Below are positions 53,190 through 64,000 of a DNA stretch of 64,000 bases, piece by piece. The notes under the pieces were generated by a model. The model searched no databases, was not told the DNA's origin, and saw only the letters and a program-made list of their open reading frames with translations. The position numbers were made by a program, and so were the translations under genes. Position 1 is the stretch's first letter, and each line of letters begins with the position of its first letter. Origin of the DNA: Okamejei kenojei (Eukaryota); assembly GCA_035221665.1 (NCBI GenBank), contig CM069131.1:76012001-76076000 (forward strand), given 5' to 3'.

Positions 53190-53970
53190 GTATTGAGTGT
53201 AGAAGTTGGGAGGTCATATTGCAGTCGTATAAAGGACCTGTCCCACTTGGGCGTCATTTGCGCATCACACAGATGGCGCGCAAAGATTTTGTACATCCCA
53301 AAATCCTGGGGCGCCGTGTGCGACCGCGTGTCACTGCTACGTCACCATGCACCATGCGCACGTAATGCGCAAATGATGTAGCGTAAATTACGCCCAAGTG
53401 GGACAGGCCCTTAAGACGTTGTTCAGGCCGCATTTAGAGTATTGTGTTCAGTTCTAGGCACCATGTAATATAGAAAAGATGTCAAGCTGGAAAGGGTGCA
53501 GAAAAGATTCACAAGGATGTTGCCAGCACTAGAGGGTCTGAGCTTTCAAGAGAGGTTGTGCAGGCTGGGACACTATTCCTTGGAATGCAGGATGAGGAGA
53601 GGTGATCTTATAGAGGTGTATAAAATCATGTGAGAGGAATAGATCAGGTAGATGCACAGAGTCTCTTGCCTAGAGTTGGGGAACTGATAACCACAGGACA
53701 TAGATTTAAGGTGAAGGGGGAAAGATTTAATAGGAATCTGAGGGGTAACCTTTTCACAAAAAAGTGTTGGGTGTATGGAACAAGCTTCCTGAGGAGGCAG
53801 GGACTATCCCAACATTTAATAAACAGTTAGGCAGATACATGGATAGTACAGGTTTGAAAGGATATGGACCAAAGGCTGGCAAGTGGGACGAGTGTAGCTG
53901 GGACATGTTGGCCGGTGTGGGAAAGTTGGGCTGAAGGGCCTGTTTCCACACTGTATCACTCTATGACTCT
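53190..53970 (+). mobile_element. CR1/HER1 3' fragment interrupted by a MITE
   Basis: RPHLEYCVQF, RGDLIEVYK; gggctgaagggcctgtttcc tail. Confidence 0.8.
53233..53411. mobile_element. 179-bp MITE, PIF/Harbinger-like
   Basis: TIR aggacctgtcccacttgggcgt / acgcccaagtgggacaggccct; TAA TSD on both sides. Confidence 0.85.
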
Positions 53971-54489
53971 AAATCTGCCATGAGTCAACAACTAGAAGAA
54001 GCTTCTCCCTATATACCCCAACAAAATCAATTGGGTTTTCAAGATTGTTTAGGTTTAGGCTTATTTGTGTCATGTTTACTGAGGTACACGTGGATTCAAT
54101 GGATTTATTTCCATTGAATTGTCATGATTTGAGAAGAACTCACCACGCAATTCACAATATGGGTACATGCCATTGACGCGAACAAAGATCATAATCTTGT
54201 ATCAACATTGCTTGAAATCACAGCGAGGGGCCACAAAAAGATAAATCCAAGAGATGAGGCTTTGCTTATTTGGAAAAGTAAGAAGGATCCAAGAAAGACA
54301 AGCAATGCCCTGAAGAAAGATTTGTTGGCTGCAGGAGCCTCAATAAGCTGAAGCACCATGTGCCAATGCTTCATTCAAGTCAGTCGTTTCGCCAGAAGAC
54401 CAGTGAAAGGACAATGACAATAAAGGAATCTGAATGACAATAAAGGAATCTGAATCTGAATCTGAATCTGAAAGAACAACTTCTAACTG

Positions 54490-55760
54490 CCGTGATGAAG
54501 AAGAATTGATATCAATGGGCCATTATATATAGATTGGACATGTGAAGTCTGGAGAAAGGTGATATTTAGTGACAAAAGTCAATTCCTGGTTCAGGGCCAA
54601 TGTAGATGAAATGTTTGGAGATCAGTCAGAGAACCAGAAAGAAAATGCAACATCGACCACTTCATCAAACATCCCAAAAAAAACATTCTGGGGTTGTTTC
54701 AGCTACTGCAGTGTTGGTCTGCTGCACCCAGTTGACAGAATGATGAGATTGCTGCAATATATCCATGTATTACAGAGTGGTGCTGGAGATGGCAAAGACT
54801 TTTCCAGGTGGATCTGGAATATTCCAGTAAGACCTTGCCATCAATCAAAGATGGTGACCCAATTTTTTCAACAGAGGGGGGATACAGTAAACCCGCATTA
54901 TAACAGACCATAGGAGGGGAATGGTGTCCGTTATTGCTGACTATCTGCTATAACCGAGTAAGGGATTACCGATTAATAGAATATTATTGTACAAGTAGTA
55001 GAAACCGAGAACTGTAGGTGCTGGTTAATACATAAAAGGACACAAAGTGTTGGAGTAACTTAGCAGGTTAGACAGCATCTCGGGAGAACATGGATAGTTA
55101 ATGTTTCGGGTGGAGACTCTTCTTCAGACTCTGTCTGGAACTGGGCCTGGAATCCAGATGAGTTGAAGTGAGGATTGGGCGAGCCATTGGTCACAGCCCA
55201 TGGGCAGCCGGAATGCAGGTAAGGATCACCAGGCATGGCCTAGAAGCGGCCAAGGAAGTGTATGGGCCAGCAGTGGCAGCTGTAGGTCTAGCCTGGAAAC
55301 AGCCAGGCAGGTAGTGCGAGCCGGTGTCGGCAGCCCAACCTGGTGAGTAGGACCAGCCTGGAGGTGGCAGGGGTGCCAGTGCAGGCTGGGGTGGCATCGG
55401 CAGCCCAGACTAGAAGCGGCTGGGTTGTCGGGGATGGGGTTGGCAGTCCGGCTTGATGGTGGTTGGCAGATCCGTCCGCTATAAACCAAAACCCATTGTA
55501 AAGAGATCCATTACATGTAATTTGCCTGACTTGAATTGATTGTGAATTTGAGGATACTTATCTAGAACAGACTGAAAGGAAAGGCCTGTACCATGAAACA
55601 GAAGCTCATCAAAGCCATAATTCAGCTATGGTATTGGGATGAATGTCCTTGGGAAATGTCAGAATTTTGTCGATTCCATGTGAAATCATGTCAAACAAAG
55701 GCTTTGATAATAAACTACAGTGGACATATAATGTGCTAAAGATATAATGATGTGATGGTA
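54490..55760 (+). mobile_element. Degenerate Tc1-like transposase remnant interrupted by a composite non-autonomous element (~54883-55515)
   Basis: FWGCFSY, GIFQ*DL, and NLPDLN after the insert. Confidence 0.55.
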
Positions 55761-56680
55761 ATGAATAAAAGGTAACCCTGTGACAAGCATATTAACTTGT
55801 AATATCTGACTGTGCTTGATTCAATTAATTTACAGATGGATATACTATCCAAACAGATCAGATACATAGATACAATCAGCATGTTGCAGCACATGCCACA
55901 TTCAGCATCAAAGGTGCAGAGGTGAAAATGGTTGAGAGCTTTAAGTTCCTTGGCTTTAATTTTACCAATGGTCAAGACTCTCCGACCCAAAACGTCATCT
56001 ATTCCATTTCTCCAGTGATGCTGCCTGACCTGCTGAGTTACTCCAGCATTTTGTGTCTATCTTCAGTGTACACCAGCATCTGCAGTTCCTTCCTATGCAA
56101 TCAGTTCATACTCAAGTGAAATAGATGGTGCAAAAGGGGATGATACAGATTGCAGAATATAGTTCTCAGGATGGTGCTCAATGGGGTAGGGTTGAATCAA
56201 ACAGCTTATGGAAGGACCATTCAGAAGCATAATAATGGTGGGAAAGAAGCTGTTCCCAAGTCAGATAGTATGCATTTTCAAGCTTCTGCACCAGATGGGA
56301 GCAGGGAGAAGAAGGAATGATGAAGGTGGGACAAGTCATTGATTAGCTGGGCTACTTTTCCAAAACAGTGTGAAGTATAGATGGAGTCAATAATGGGAAA
56401 GCTGGACTGTGTGGTGCACTAGGATACATCTATAACTCTCTGCAATTTCTTGCATTCTTGGGGAAAGCTGTTCATAAACTAAGCCACGACAGCAACCCGT
56501 TGGGTCCCACGTTCACACGGGAGGGCTGCACCTCTTCACCAATTCCAATATTGGTGGCCTGTGGGGGGGCTTTCTGAAGCATTGGTATGGGTTCTTGGGG
56601 TGGCAGCTCAGTCCCTCAAGCCTGATGTGCTGGCAGCTCACTCACGGCTTGTGGGCTGACTCAAGGCTATTCCTTGAAAT

Positions 56681-56990
56681 TCCATTTCAAGCAGGGTGCA
56701 AGGCCACCAAATTCAAATCCATTTCCCTACCATTTCAAGCAGGGTGCAAGGCCACCAAATTCAAGTGCAGTTTCTTACCACTTCGAGCAGGGTGCAAGGC
56801 CACCAAATTCAAGTGCAGTTTCCTACCGCTTCAAGCAGGGTGCAAGGCCACCAAATTCAAGTGCAGTTTCATACCACTTCAAGCAGGGTGCAAGGACACC
56901 AAATTCAAATGCAGCTTCATACCATTTCATGCAGGGTGCGAGGCCACCACATTCAAATGCAGTTTCATACCATTTCAAGCAGGGTGAAAC
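56681..56990. repeat. 48-bp minisatellite, about 6.5 copies
   Basis: Unit ccatttcaagcagggtgcaaggccaccaaattcaagtgcagtttccta; gives 16-aa periodic ORFs. Confidence 0.92.
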
Positions 56991-57297
56991 CACCATAAAA
57001 CCACACAAAACACCAAACACGTAGTTCAGTTGACATTCAGTGTGTTCAGTTTATTCACAGCTCAGACAGAGTCGTGACCTCTCCCTCCCCCATCAAGCAG
57101 AGACTGAGCCACACCCACACTTCAGGGCTTTATAACCCCTCCCCCTCCCACCGGAAAAGGTGTGGCCTTCATGACAGGAGAGAGATTCTCAACATTTTTT
57201 AAACACTAATAGCTTTTATTTTTCATTGATGGGAAGAACCCTCTGCACCTGCTGAACGGAGGGGGACTGAGTAAGATGGCCAAAAATCACAGCCATA

Positions 57298-58906
57298 CAG
57301 TGGCTTGCAAAAATATTCATACCCCTTGAACCTTTCCACATTTTGTCACGTTACAACCACAAACGTAAATGTATTTTATTGGGATTTTATGTGATAGACC
57401 AACACAAAGTGGTGCATAATTGTGAAGTGGAAGGAAAATGATACATGTTTTTCAAATTTTTTTACAAATAAAAAACTGAAAAGTGTGGCGTGCAAAAGTA
57501 TTCTGCCCCCTATACTCTGATACCCCTAAATAAAATCCATTGCAACCAATTGCCTTCAGGAGTCACTTAATTAGTAAATCAAGTCCACTTGTGTGTAATC
57601 TAATCTCAGAATAAATATAGCTGCTCTGTGAAGGCCTCAGAAGTTTGTTAGAGAACATTAGTGAACAAACAGCATCATGAAGCCCAAGGAACACACCAGA
57701 CAGGTCAGGGATAAAGTTGTGGAGAGGTTTAAAGCAGGGTTGGGTTAAAAAAAAAATCCCAAGCTTTGAACATCTCACAGAGCACTGTTCAATCCATCAT
57801 CTGAAAATGGAAAGAGTATGGCAAAACTGCAAACCTACCAAGACATGGCCGTCCACCTAAACTGACAGGTCGGGCAAGGAGAGCATTGATCAGGGAAGCA
57901 GCCAAGGTAACTCTGGAGGAGCTGCAGAGATCCACAGCTCAGGTGGGAGAATCTGTCCACAGGACAACTATTAGTCGTGCACTCCACAAATCGGGCCTTT
58001 ATGGAAGAGTGGCATGAAGAAAGCCATTGTTGAAACAAAGCCATAAGAAGTCCTGTTTGCAGTTTGCCACAAGCCATGTGGGGGACACAGCAAACATGTG
58101 GAGGAAGGTGCTCTGGTCTGATGAGACCAAAATTGAAGTTTTTGGCCTAAATGCAAAATGATATGTGTGGCGGAAAACTAACACTGCACATCACCCTGAA
58201 CACACCATCCCCACTGTGAAACATGGTGGTGGCAGCATCATGCTGTGGGGATGCTTTTCTTCAGCAGGGACAGGGAAGCTGGTCAGAGTTGATGGGAAGA
58301 TGGATGGAGCCAAATACAGGGCTATCTTGGAAGAAAACCTGTTAGAGTCTGCAAAAGACTTGAGACTGGGGTGGAGGTTCACCTTCCAGCAGGACAACAA
58401 CCCTAAACATACAGCCAGAGCTACAATGGAATGGTTTAGATCAAAGCATATTCATGTGTTAGAATGCCCCAGTCAAAGTCCAGACCTAAATCCAATTGAG
58501 AATCTCTGGCAAGACTTGAAAATTGCTGTTCACAGACGCTCTCCATCCAATCTGACTGAGCTTGAGCTATTTTGCAAAGAAGAATGGGCAACAATTTCAG
58601 TCTCTAGATGTGCAAAGCTGGTAGAGACATACCCCAAAAGACTTGCAGCTCTAATTGCAGCGAAAGGTGGTTCTACGAAGTATTGACTCAGGGGGGAGCT
58701 GAACTACTTTTGCACGCCACACTTTTCAGTTTTTTATTTGTAATACAATTTGGAAACCATGTATCATTTTCCTTCCACTTCACAATTATGCACCACTTTG
58801 TGTTGGTCTTCACATAAAATCCCAATAAAATACATTTATGTTTGTGGTTGTAACGTGACAAAATGTGGAAAAGTTCAAGGGGTATGAATACTTTTGCAAG
58901 CCACTG
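57298..58906 (+). mobile_element. Full-length Passport-like Tc1 transposon with disrupted transposase (57677-58686)
   Basis: TA|cagtggcttgcaaaa...ttttgcaagccactg|TA, ~200-bp TIRs; MKPKEHTRQVRDKVVE...WSDETK...QQDNNPKH...[11 protein letters not shown]...[10 protein letters not shown]. Confidence 0.93.
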
Positions 58907-59011
58907 TAAGTGGTAGCGTTTTATCTAAAATCAATATACAGTGCAAACAGGAAGTTAGCCAAAGCCCCCAAGCCACCATTTGCAATTGTGCCTTTTCACT
59001 TCAAGCCAAAG

Positions 59012-59580
59012 TGTTGAACTCGGTTTTCGCTTACATCGGTTGTTTCGACAATAATCGACCGGACACCTGGGTTGGTTTAAACGTACGTTTATTTGGCAGG
59101 AGTCTTTACACAGGTCAGCAACCTAGCAAAGAGTCAAGCTCAATGCCCTTATTCGTAATGCCTTATATACATTTAATGCTACCGTTTATGTCTCCCACAT
59201 TACCCAATTAAGCAACAGACACGTACGCAATGGTCAAGATAACAGGCACGTACACATGGGGAGATTTTATTTAGTGGAACAATACTAGGGCTAAGATAGG
59301 TACATTCCTCAGACTTTCTTGCGCGGTGGTTTGTATATTCCTCAGCCTTCTGGTAGCCAGCCATCTCAGTCAGACGGGTGCGGGGAATACCAAAGTCGCG
59401 AATATGCTGCAACAGCAGGACAATGTGTATTTCTCATGACCACAACTTCCTGAAATCTGCAGCCACATAGTCAGCAACTTTGGTCAGCAGACATTTTATG
59501 TTTTAATCCAGTTCACCTGGCCAAACCGTTTTACCTTCACAGAACAATCTTACAGCGTTTATTCAAGATTTACATTCACA
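59012..59580 (-). mobile_element. ERV 3' LTR (~569 bp)
   Basis: Follows PPT AAAAGGGGGGAT; termini TGTGAA...TTCAACA; TATATAA at ~59163-59169 and AATAAA at ~59088-59093 on the minus strand; the left boundary is inferred from the terminal inverted repeat. Confidence 0.8.
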
Positions 59581-61247
59581 ATCCCCCCTTTTGCTATTCT
59601 TATGGCAACACTCATTGTCCAGTAAAAGTCCCATTCGCTGAATCGCGTAATCTTCTAGTTCCCTGGCCACCGTCTCTTGGACCGTCCGGCCCTTTTCCTT
59701 CAATTCTCCTTCCTCACTCACTTAATCGGCTTCGCTGTCGTTGGGCAATGGTAACAGTCTCTCCTGCTCACGCTGTAATATCAACATTCGTACAGAATTT
59801 TTAGCTACCTCGGGGGTGGTCCCCAAACCCGATAAAGCCATCATTAATCGGGCTATGATACATTTCACAATGGCAATCCCCACAAATAAGCAAGTAACTA
59901 CTATAGCAGCATAGATGGCCATGCTGATAATCCAGTTATAAAATTCCCCAAATCCCCAATTCCCCCATCCCTGGTTTTCATTTATTCCATCCAAAAAGGT
60001 GGTAATCTTGAACCCCCATCATACATTTCCCTTTTACGACGGTACAGGTCCCCCCTTCTCTAGCCAATAAGTAATCGAGCGCATATCTATTTTGTAGGGG
60101 AAACATCGTCATTTCGGACATCTGGGTTTTCACTGCCTCCAACGCTCCGGTTGTTCCATTGCCCAGAATTGTCAGGCCACAAACAAGGTAATTCCGGTTT
60201 TTGGCTGCTTCACCTTTACCCACTCCTCCCATGGTTAGCATGCTTAATAATCCTCATCCGATGGAATGTCCTGTGGGTAGCTCCCCTGATCCCTGGATTT
60301 TTCCATTGCACGCAAAACTCGGCCGACACCGCCCTTCGATGAACCCGAGCAATGGGCTTAGTCCATTGCTCGGGACAAGGTACCGTGGTTGGCACCAATG
60401 CTCCAACTGCCAAGTTCTTGGGGAAAGGGGGTTTTAGGACATTGGTTCCTTTCCCATTAAAGAAGAAGTAATATCCTTCCTCCGTACATGATGATCCATT
60501 ACAGCCCCTTCGGGTATTAATGACTTCTCCCCCTCCAGACCAGTCCCTCCACGCTTCACCAATCCCATTGCTATAACTGGGGATTGGCAGGTGATGGGAT
60601 CCTACCGTCAGATGGGTCCCGTTAGCCCATCCACACAACAGCTGAAATCCAGCATTTACAGGGACACATTCCTTAGACGCCTTACATTGGGCTCCTTTAT
60701 AGGTAAGGTTACATGCGGAGCCGTGAACGGGCCCTTGAAGAGCGCAAGTGAGATTGTTTTTAACATATATGACTATACACCCGTGTCCTTGGTTACTAAA
60801 ACAATTTCATATTGCCTAATGTCATTATCGGTGGTGAAGTTACATGGCCTAGCCGATGTCCTTGACACCGTCCGAGATTCCATTATAGCAATTGTCGTAG
60901 TGGTGGTTATTGTTCTTAGGGAGCGGTAAGCAGTTAGCCGGTGGAGCGAGAAGCCCATCATAGCTGATGATAACGGGCTTGACAGGGACCGGTTTTTCGT
61001 CCTGGCACTTCACCAGTCATTCTGCCCCATGCAGGGGATGGGATAAACAGGGAGGTAACCAATGTCATTCGTGGATAACAAACCACCTGCCCCTTCCCGA
61101 ATAGTTTGTTGTGTGCCCGAACAAATAGATTGGGGTTTTCTCGTTCCCCTTTCTTTTCTCGTTTGTTCCGTCTGTATTCAGGCTTTGTCCATTTCCAACT
61201 GAAACCGATTAACCCTACAGTGGTCGTCACACATATTAATGCCACAT
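59563..61247 (-). pseudogene. env: ERV env, frameshifted: signal peptide, SU, basic cleavage site, TM with internal fusion loop, ISD, CX6C, membrane anchor and tail
   Basis: Fragments ALICVTTTVGLIGFSW, RVHRR|AVSAEFC, LQNRYALDYLLAREGGTCTVVKGKC, WIISMAIYAAIVVTCLFVGIAIVKC. Confidence 0.88.
59581..59592 (-). other. Retroviral polypurine tract
   Basis: AAAAGGGGGGAT directly before the LTR TG. Confidence 0.85.
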
Positions 61248-61279
61248 GAAGACCCTCACCTTAGCGGTTTATTTCGTAT

Positions 61280-61315
61280 CTGCGAACACAAGGAAGGGGA
61301 AAAGAGAAAAGAACG
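61280..61315 (-). promoter_or_regulatory. Probable env splice acceptor
   Basis: ttcttttctcttttccccttccttgtgttcgcag about 32 nt upstream of the probable env ATG (61247). Confidence 0.65.
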
Positions 61316-61333
61316 TGCTATTTCATAGCAAAA

Positions 61334-64000
61334 TTAATTTGTACCATACGTTTCGTGGACCGGATCCCTCTCCCTGACCTCAACCTCCCCCCTTATCTCC
61401 CCCCTTTGCTTGGTGTCACCAAGCACTTTACAATGGTGCAATGCACCCATGCCAATCGTCCTTCCACCTTTACCGCAGTGGGGTTGGTAAGGAGAACCTG
61501 GAAGGGGCCCAACCATCGAGGAGAAAGGGTGTCCTTATGAACCCAATTCTTAATCAACACATAAGAACCCGGGGTGATCCGTCTCTCAACGGGAAAGTCT
61601 ATGTCGCCCACATAAGCGGCCTTGACCTCCCCGTGAATCTCATGCAGGGCCCTTGTAAAGGCAAGGACGTAAGAGACCATCTCCTCCGTCATATGATGCA
61701 ATGTCATTGTGGCCGGCATAATGTCCGTCCAGGGGGTGCGCAGGGGTCAGCCATAGATGATCTCTGCAGGAGACAACCTTGTCTTCCCTGCTGGAATGAC
61801 TCTGATCTGAAACAAAGCAACAGGCAACATTTTAACCCAGGTGGAGCCCGATTGGTCCACCAGCTTGGCAAGCTTGGTCTTCAGGGTCTGGTTCAAGCGT
61901 TCCACCATTCCTGCAGCCTGTGGGCGATAAGCACAATGCAGCCGCTGGGTTACGCCCAGCTGTCGGTACAATTCTTTATTAATAGCGGCAATAAAGTGAG
62001 AGCCGTTATCCGAACTAATGGCATTTGGAACCCCAAAGCGAGGAACAAACTGCCGTAACAAAGCCACCAGCGTAGAAGCAGTGCAATGAGTGGTTGGAAA
62101 GGCTTCAATCCACCTAGAAAACACATCAACAATAACCAGCACATGTTTATAAGACTAACACTTAGGCAAATCAATAAAATCCATCTGTAAGGTTTCAAAC
62201 GGAGCAGTAGGTAATGGGGTACGCCCGTCTGGCAGACAACTCCCTTACCAGGGTTGTGTGTAGCACCGGTGAGGCACCATGCGCTAGTTTGGGCTGCCAA
62301 AACCTTAAGGCGACGATGCCACCATGCCTGTAAGAGAGCGTCCACTAGCAAGGTGGCCCCACAGTGAGTGGCTAGATGTAGGCAATCAACGACCCAGGTC
62401 GTTAACTGGTCTGTCATACAGGTCTGTCCGGCCGGCGTGAGCCACAGTCCAGAGTCAGCCTTCCGACAGCCCAGCTGCTCCTATTCCATTATAACATCAA
62501 CAGAGGTGTCCCCCTGTAAGAGCAGTACATCATTCTTGGTTGGCATAGGTTTCTCAGATTCAGACGAGCCCATATAAATGCTTTTCACCCGTCTCATCAT
62601 ACTGCCCTTAGATATACCACATGAAGCGCACTTAGCCACTTCATCAACCACCCTGTTACCGATTTGGACCGGGGAATCTGTCGTGTGGGCTGCACATTTG
62701 ATTACGGCTACCGCAGAGGGCAGAAGGATAGCATTCAACAGGTCAGAGACCAGGATCTGATTGGCAATCTTATGGCCCGTCGAGGTGAGGATTCCCCTAT
62801 TTTTTCCATAACTGTCCGAAATCGTGAACGACTCCAAATGCGTATCGGGAGTCGGTGTAAATATTGACGGAGCGTCCCTCCGCGAGAACACATGCTCGGG
62901 TGGGGGCAAACAACTCAGCCTGCTGAGCTGAAAACGGTGGGTCAAAACTGCCACAATCCAGCAAGTTTCCATCTTGCTTAACTACCGCATAGCCTGACAG
63001 ACGGCGTCCCTGCTCGTCGATGGACGAACTTCCATCGGTATAGAGGATCAAATCTGGAGAGGATAGAAGCTGATCGCTAAGGTCAGGGCTGCGGACTGGT
63101 ATCCACGAGAATAGCCTCCAAGCAATTATGGTCGCATGGGGCGAGGAGATCAGGAGGAGAGCAGAGAAACTCAGCAGGGTTGATTGTAGTGCAGTGCCGG
63201 AACTGTAGCTTGGGATTATTCAACAGGTAAATCTCATATTTATTTTGTCCCAGTAGAGCGGTCACGGAGTGGGAGGAGTATAGGGTAATGTCCTCCTGGA
63301 GAGTCAGGTTGGCGGCCGACAGAAGACTATTTTATACTGCTGTCAAAATCTGTGTACAATGGGGATACCCCAGTGCCACAGGGTCTAACTTGGACCAATA
63401 ATACTCTACTGGTCGGTGCTTATCCCCATGCAGCTGGGTCAAAACCGCAGTGGCACATTCGCCCAGGACGGTACAATACAGCTGAAAAGGTCAATCATAC
63501 AGTGGTCTTCCCAGCGCAGGAGCCTTCTGCAGGGCCTCTCGTAGATTACTGAAGGCGGTCAAGGCTTCATCTGACAATACAAAGGTACCTTCCTGGCTGG
63601 TGTAAGGGGTCAGGTGCTTTATGTCCAGGGCCACATTCGGAATCCACTGACGGCAGTAGTTGATCATTCCCTACCACTGTCGCATTCCCCTGGCTGACCT
63701 GGGGGGCGGTGTCCTGTAAATGGGGTCTGTGCAGCTTTCATCCAACCAACGGCCATCTGCTGAGATTATGACTCCGAGGAATTTCACTTCCTTTTGTCCG
63801 ACATGTACTTTGGAGGGGGACACAACGTACCCCAATGCCTTTATAGCCTCCCTATTCTGCTCCTCCGTTTCACTGGCCAGTATAAGGTCATCAATGTACT
63901 GGATCAATGCAGACCCCTCAGGTAACTGCAGGTCTTGTAATTGCTGTTGCAGACAACGAGAAAATAGGGTCGGCGAGTTTACAAAGCCCTGCGGCAATCT
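61334..64000 (-). pseudogene. pol: ERV pol (RT, RNase H, integrase), class I epsilon-like, disrupted; continues beyond window
   Basis: PQGFVNSP, YIDD, LYTDGSS, SAQQAEL, IYTDSRYAFGVVHDFG, VDVFSRWIEAFP, SDNGSHF, GMVERLNQTLK, PRWLGPFQVLL. Confidence 0.93.

Noticed and set aside
56595-57024. Repetitive ORFs and a CRISPR-like appearance of the 48-bp array
   Set aside because: Head-to-tail units without unique spacers; the ORFs are by-products of a stop-free unit whose length is a multiple of 3.
59978-60347. Endogenous filovirus (non-retroviral EVE)
   Set aside because: The GP2-like segment lies between retroviral pol and a PPT/LTR, so it is a retroviral env.

Overview
Vertebrate genomic DNA, most likely a cartilaginous fish (skate/ray-like repeat set: HE1-type V-SINEs, CR1/HER1, Rex1, L1, Penelope-like, Tc1). 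There are two host genes in convergent orientation: the last five coding exons of SHROOM3 (+, ASD2 domain, 1-16606) and the single-exon ankyrin-repeat gene SOWAHB (-, 50807-52849, with a CpG-rich 5' end). The rest is a mosaic of often nested retroelements and DNA transposons. The right end (59012-64000, -) is the 3' half of a decayed class I (epsilon-like pol) endogenous retrovirus. Its env TM subunit has a cysteine-bounded internal fusion loop and is colinear with filovirus GP2, and its reading frame appears to continue through the PPT into the 3' LTR; this is the most notable observation. Repeat boundaries are approximate unless TSDs or TIRs are quoted. All homology statements come from manual comparison with recalled sequences, not from searches.
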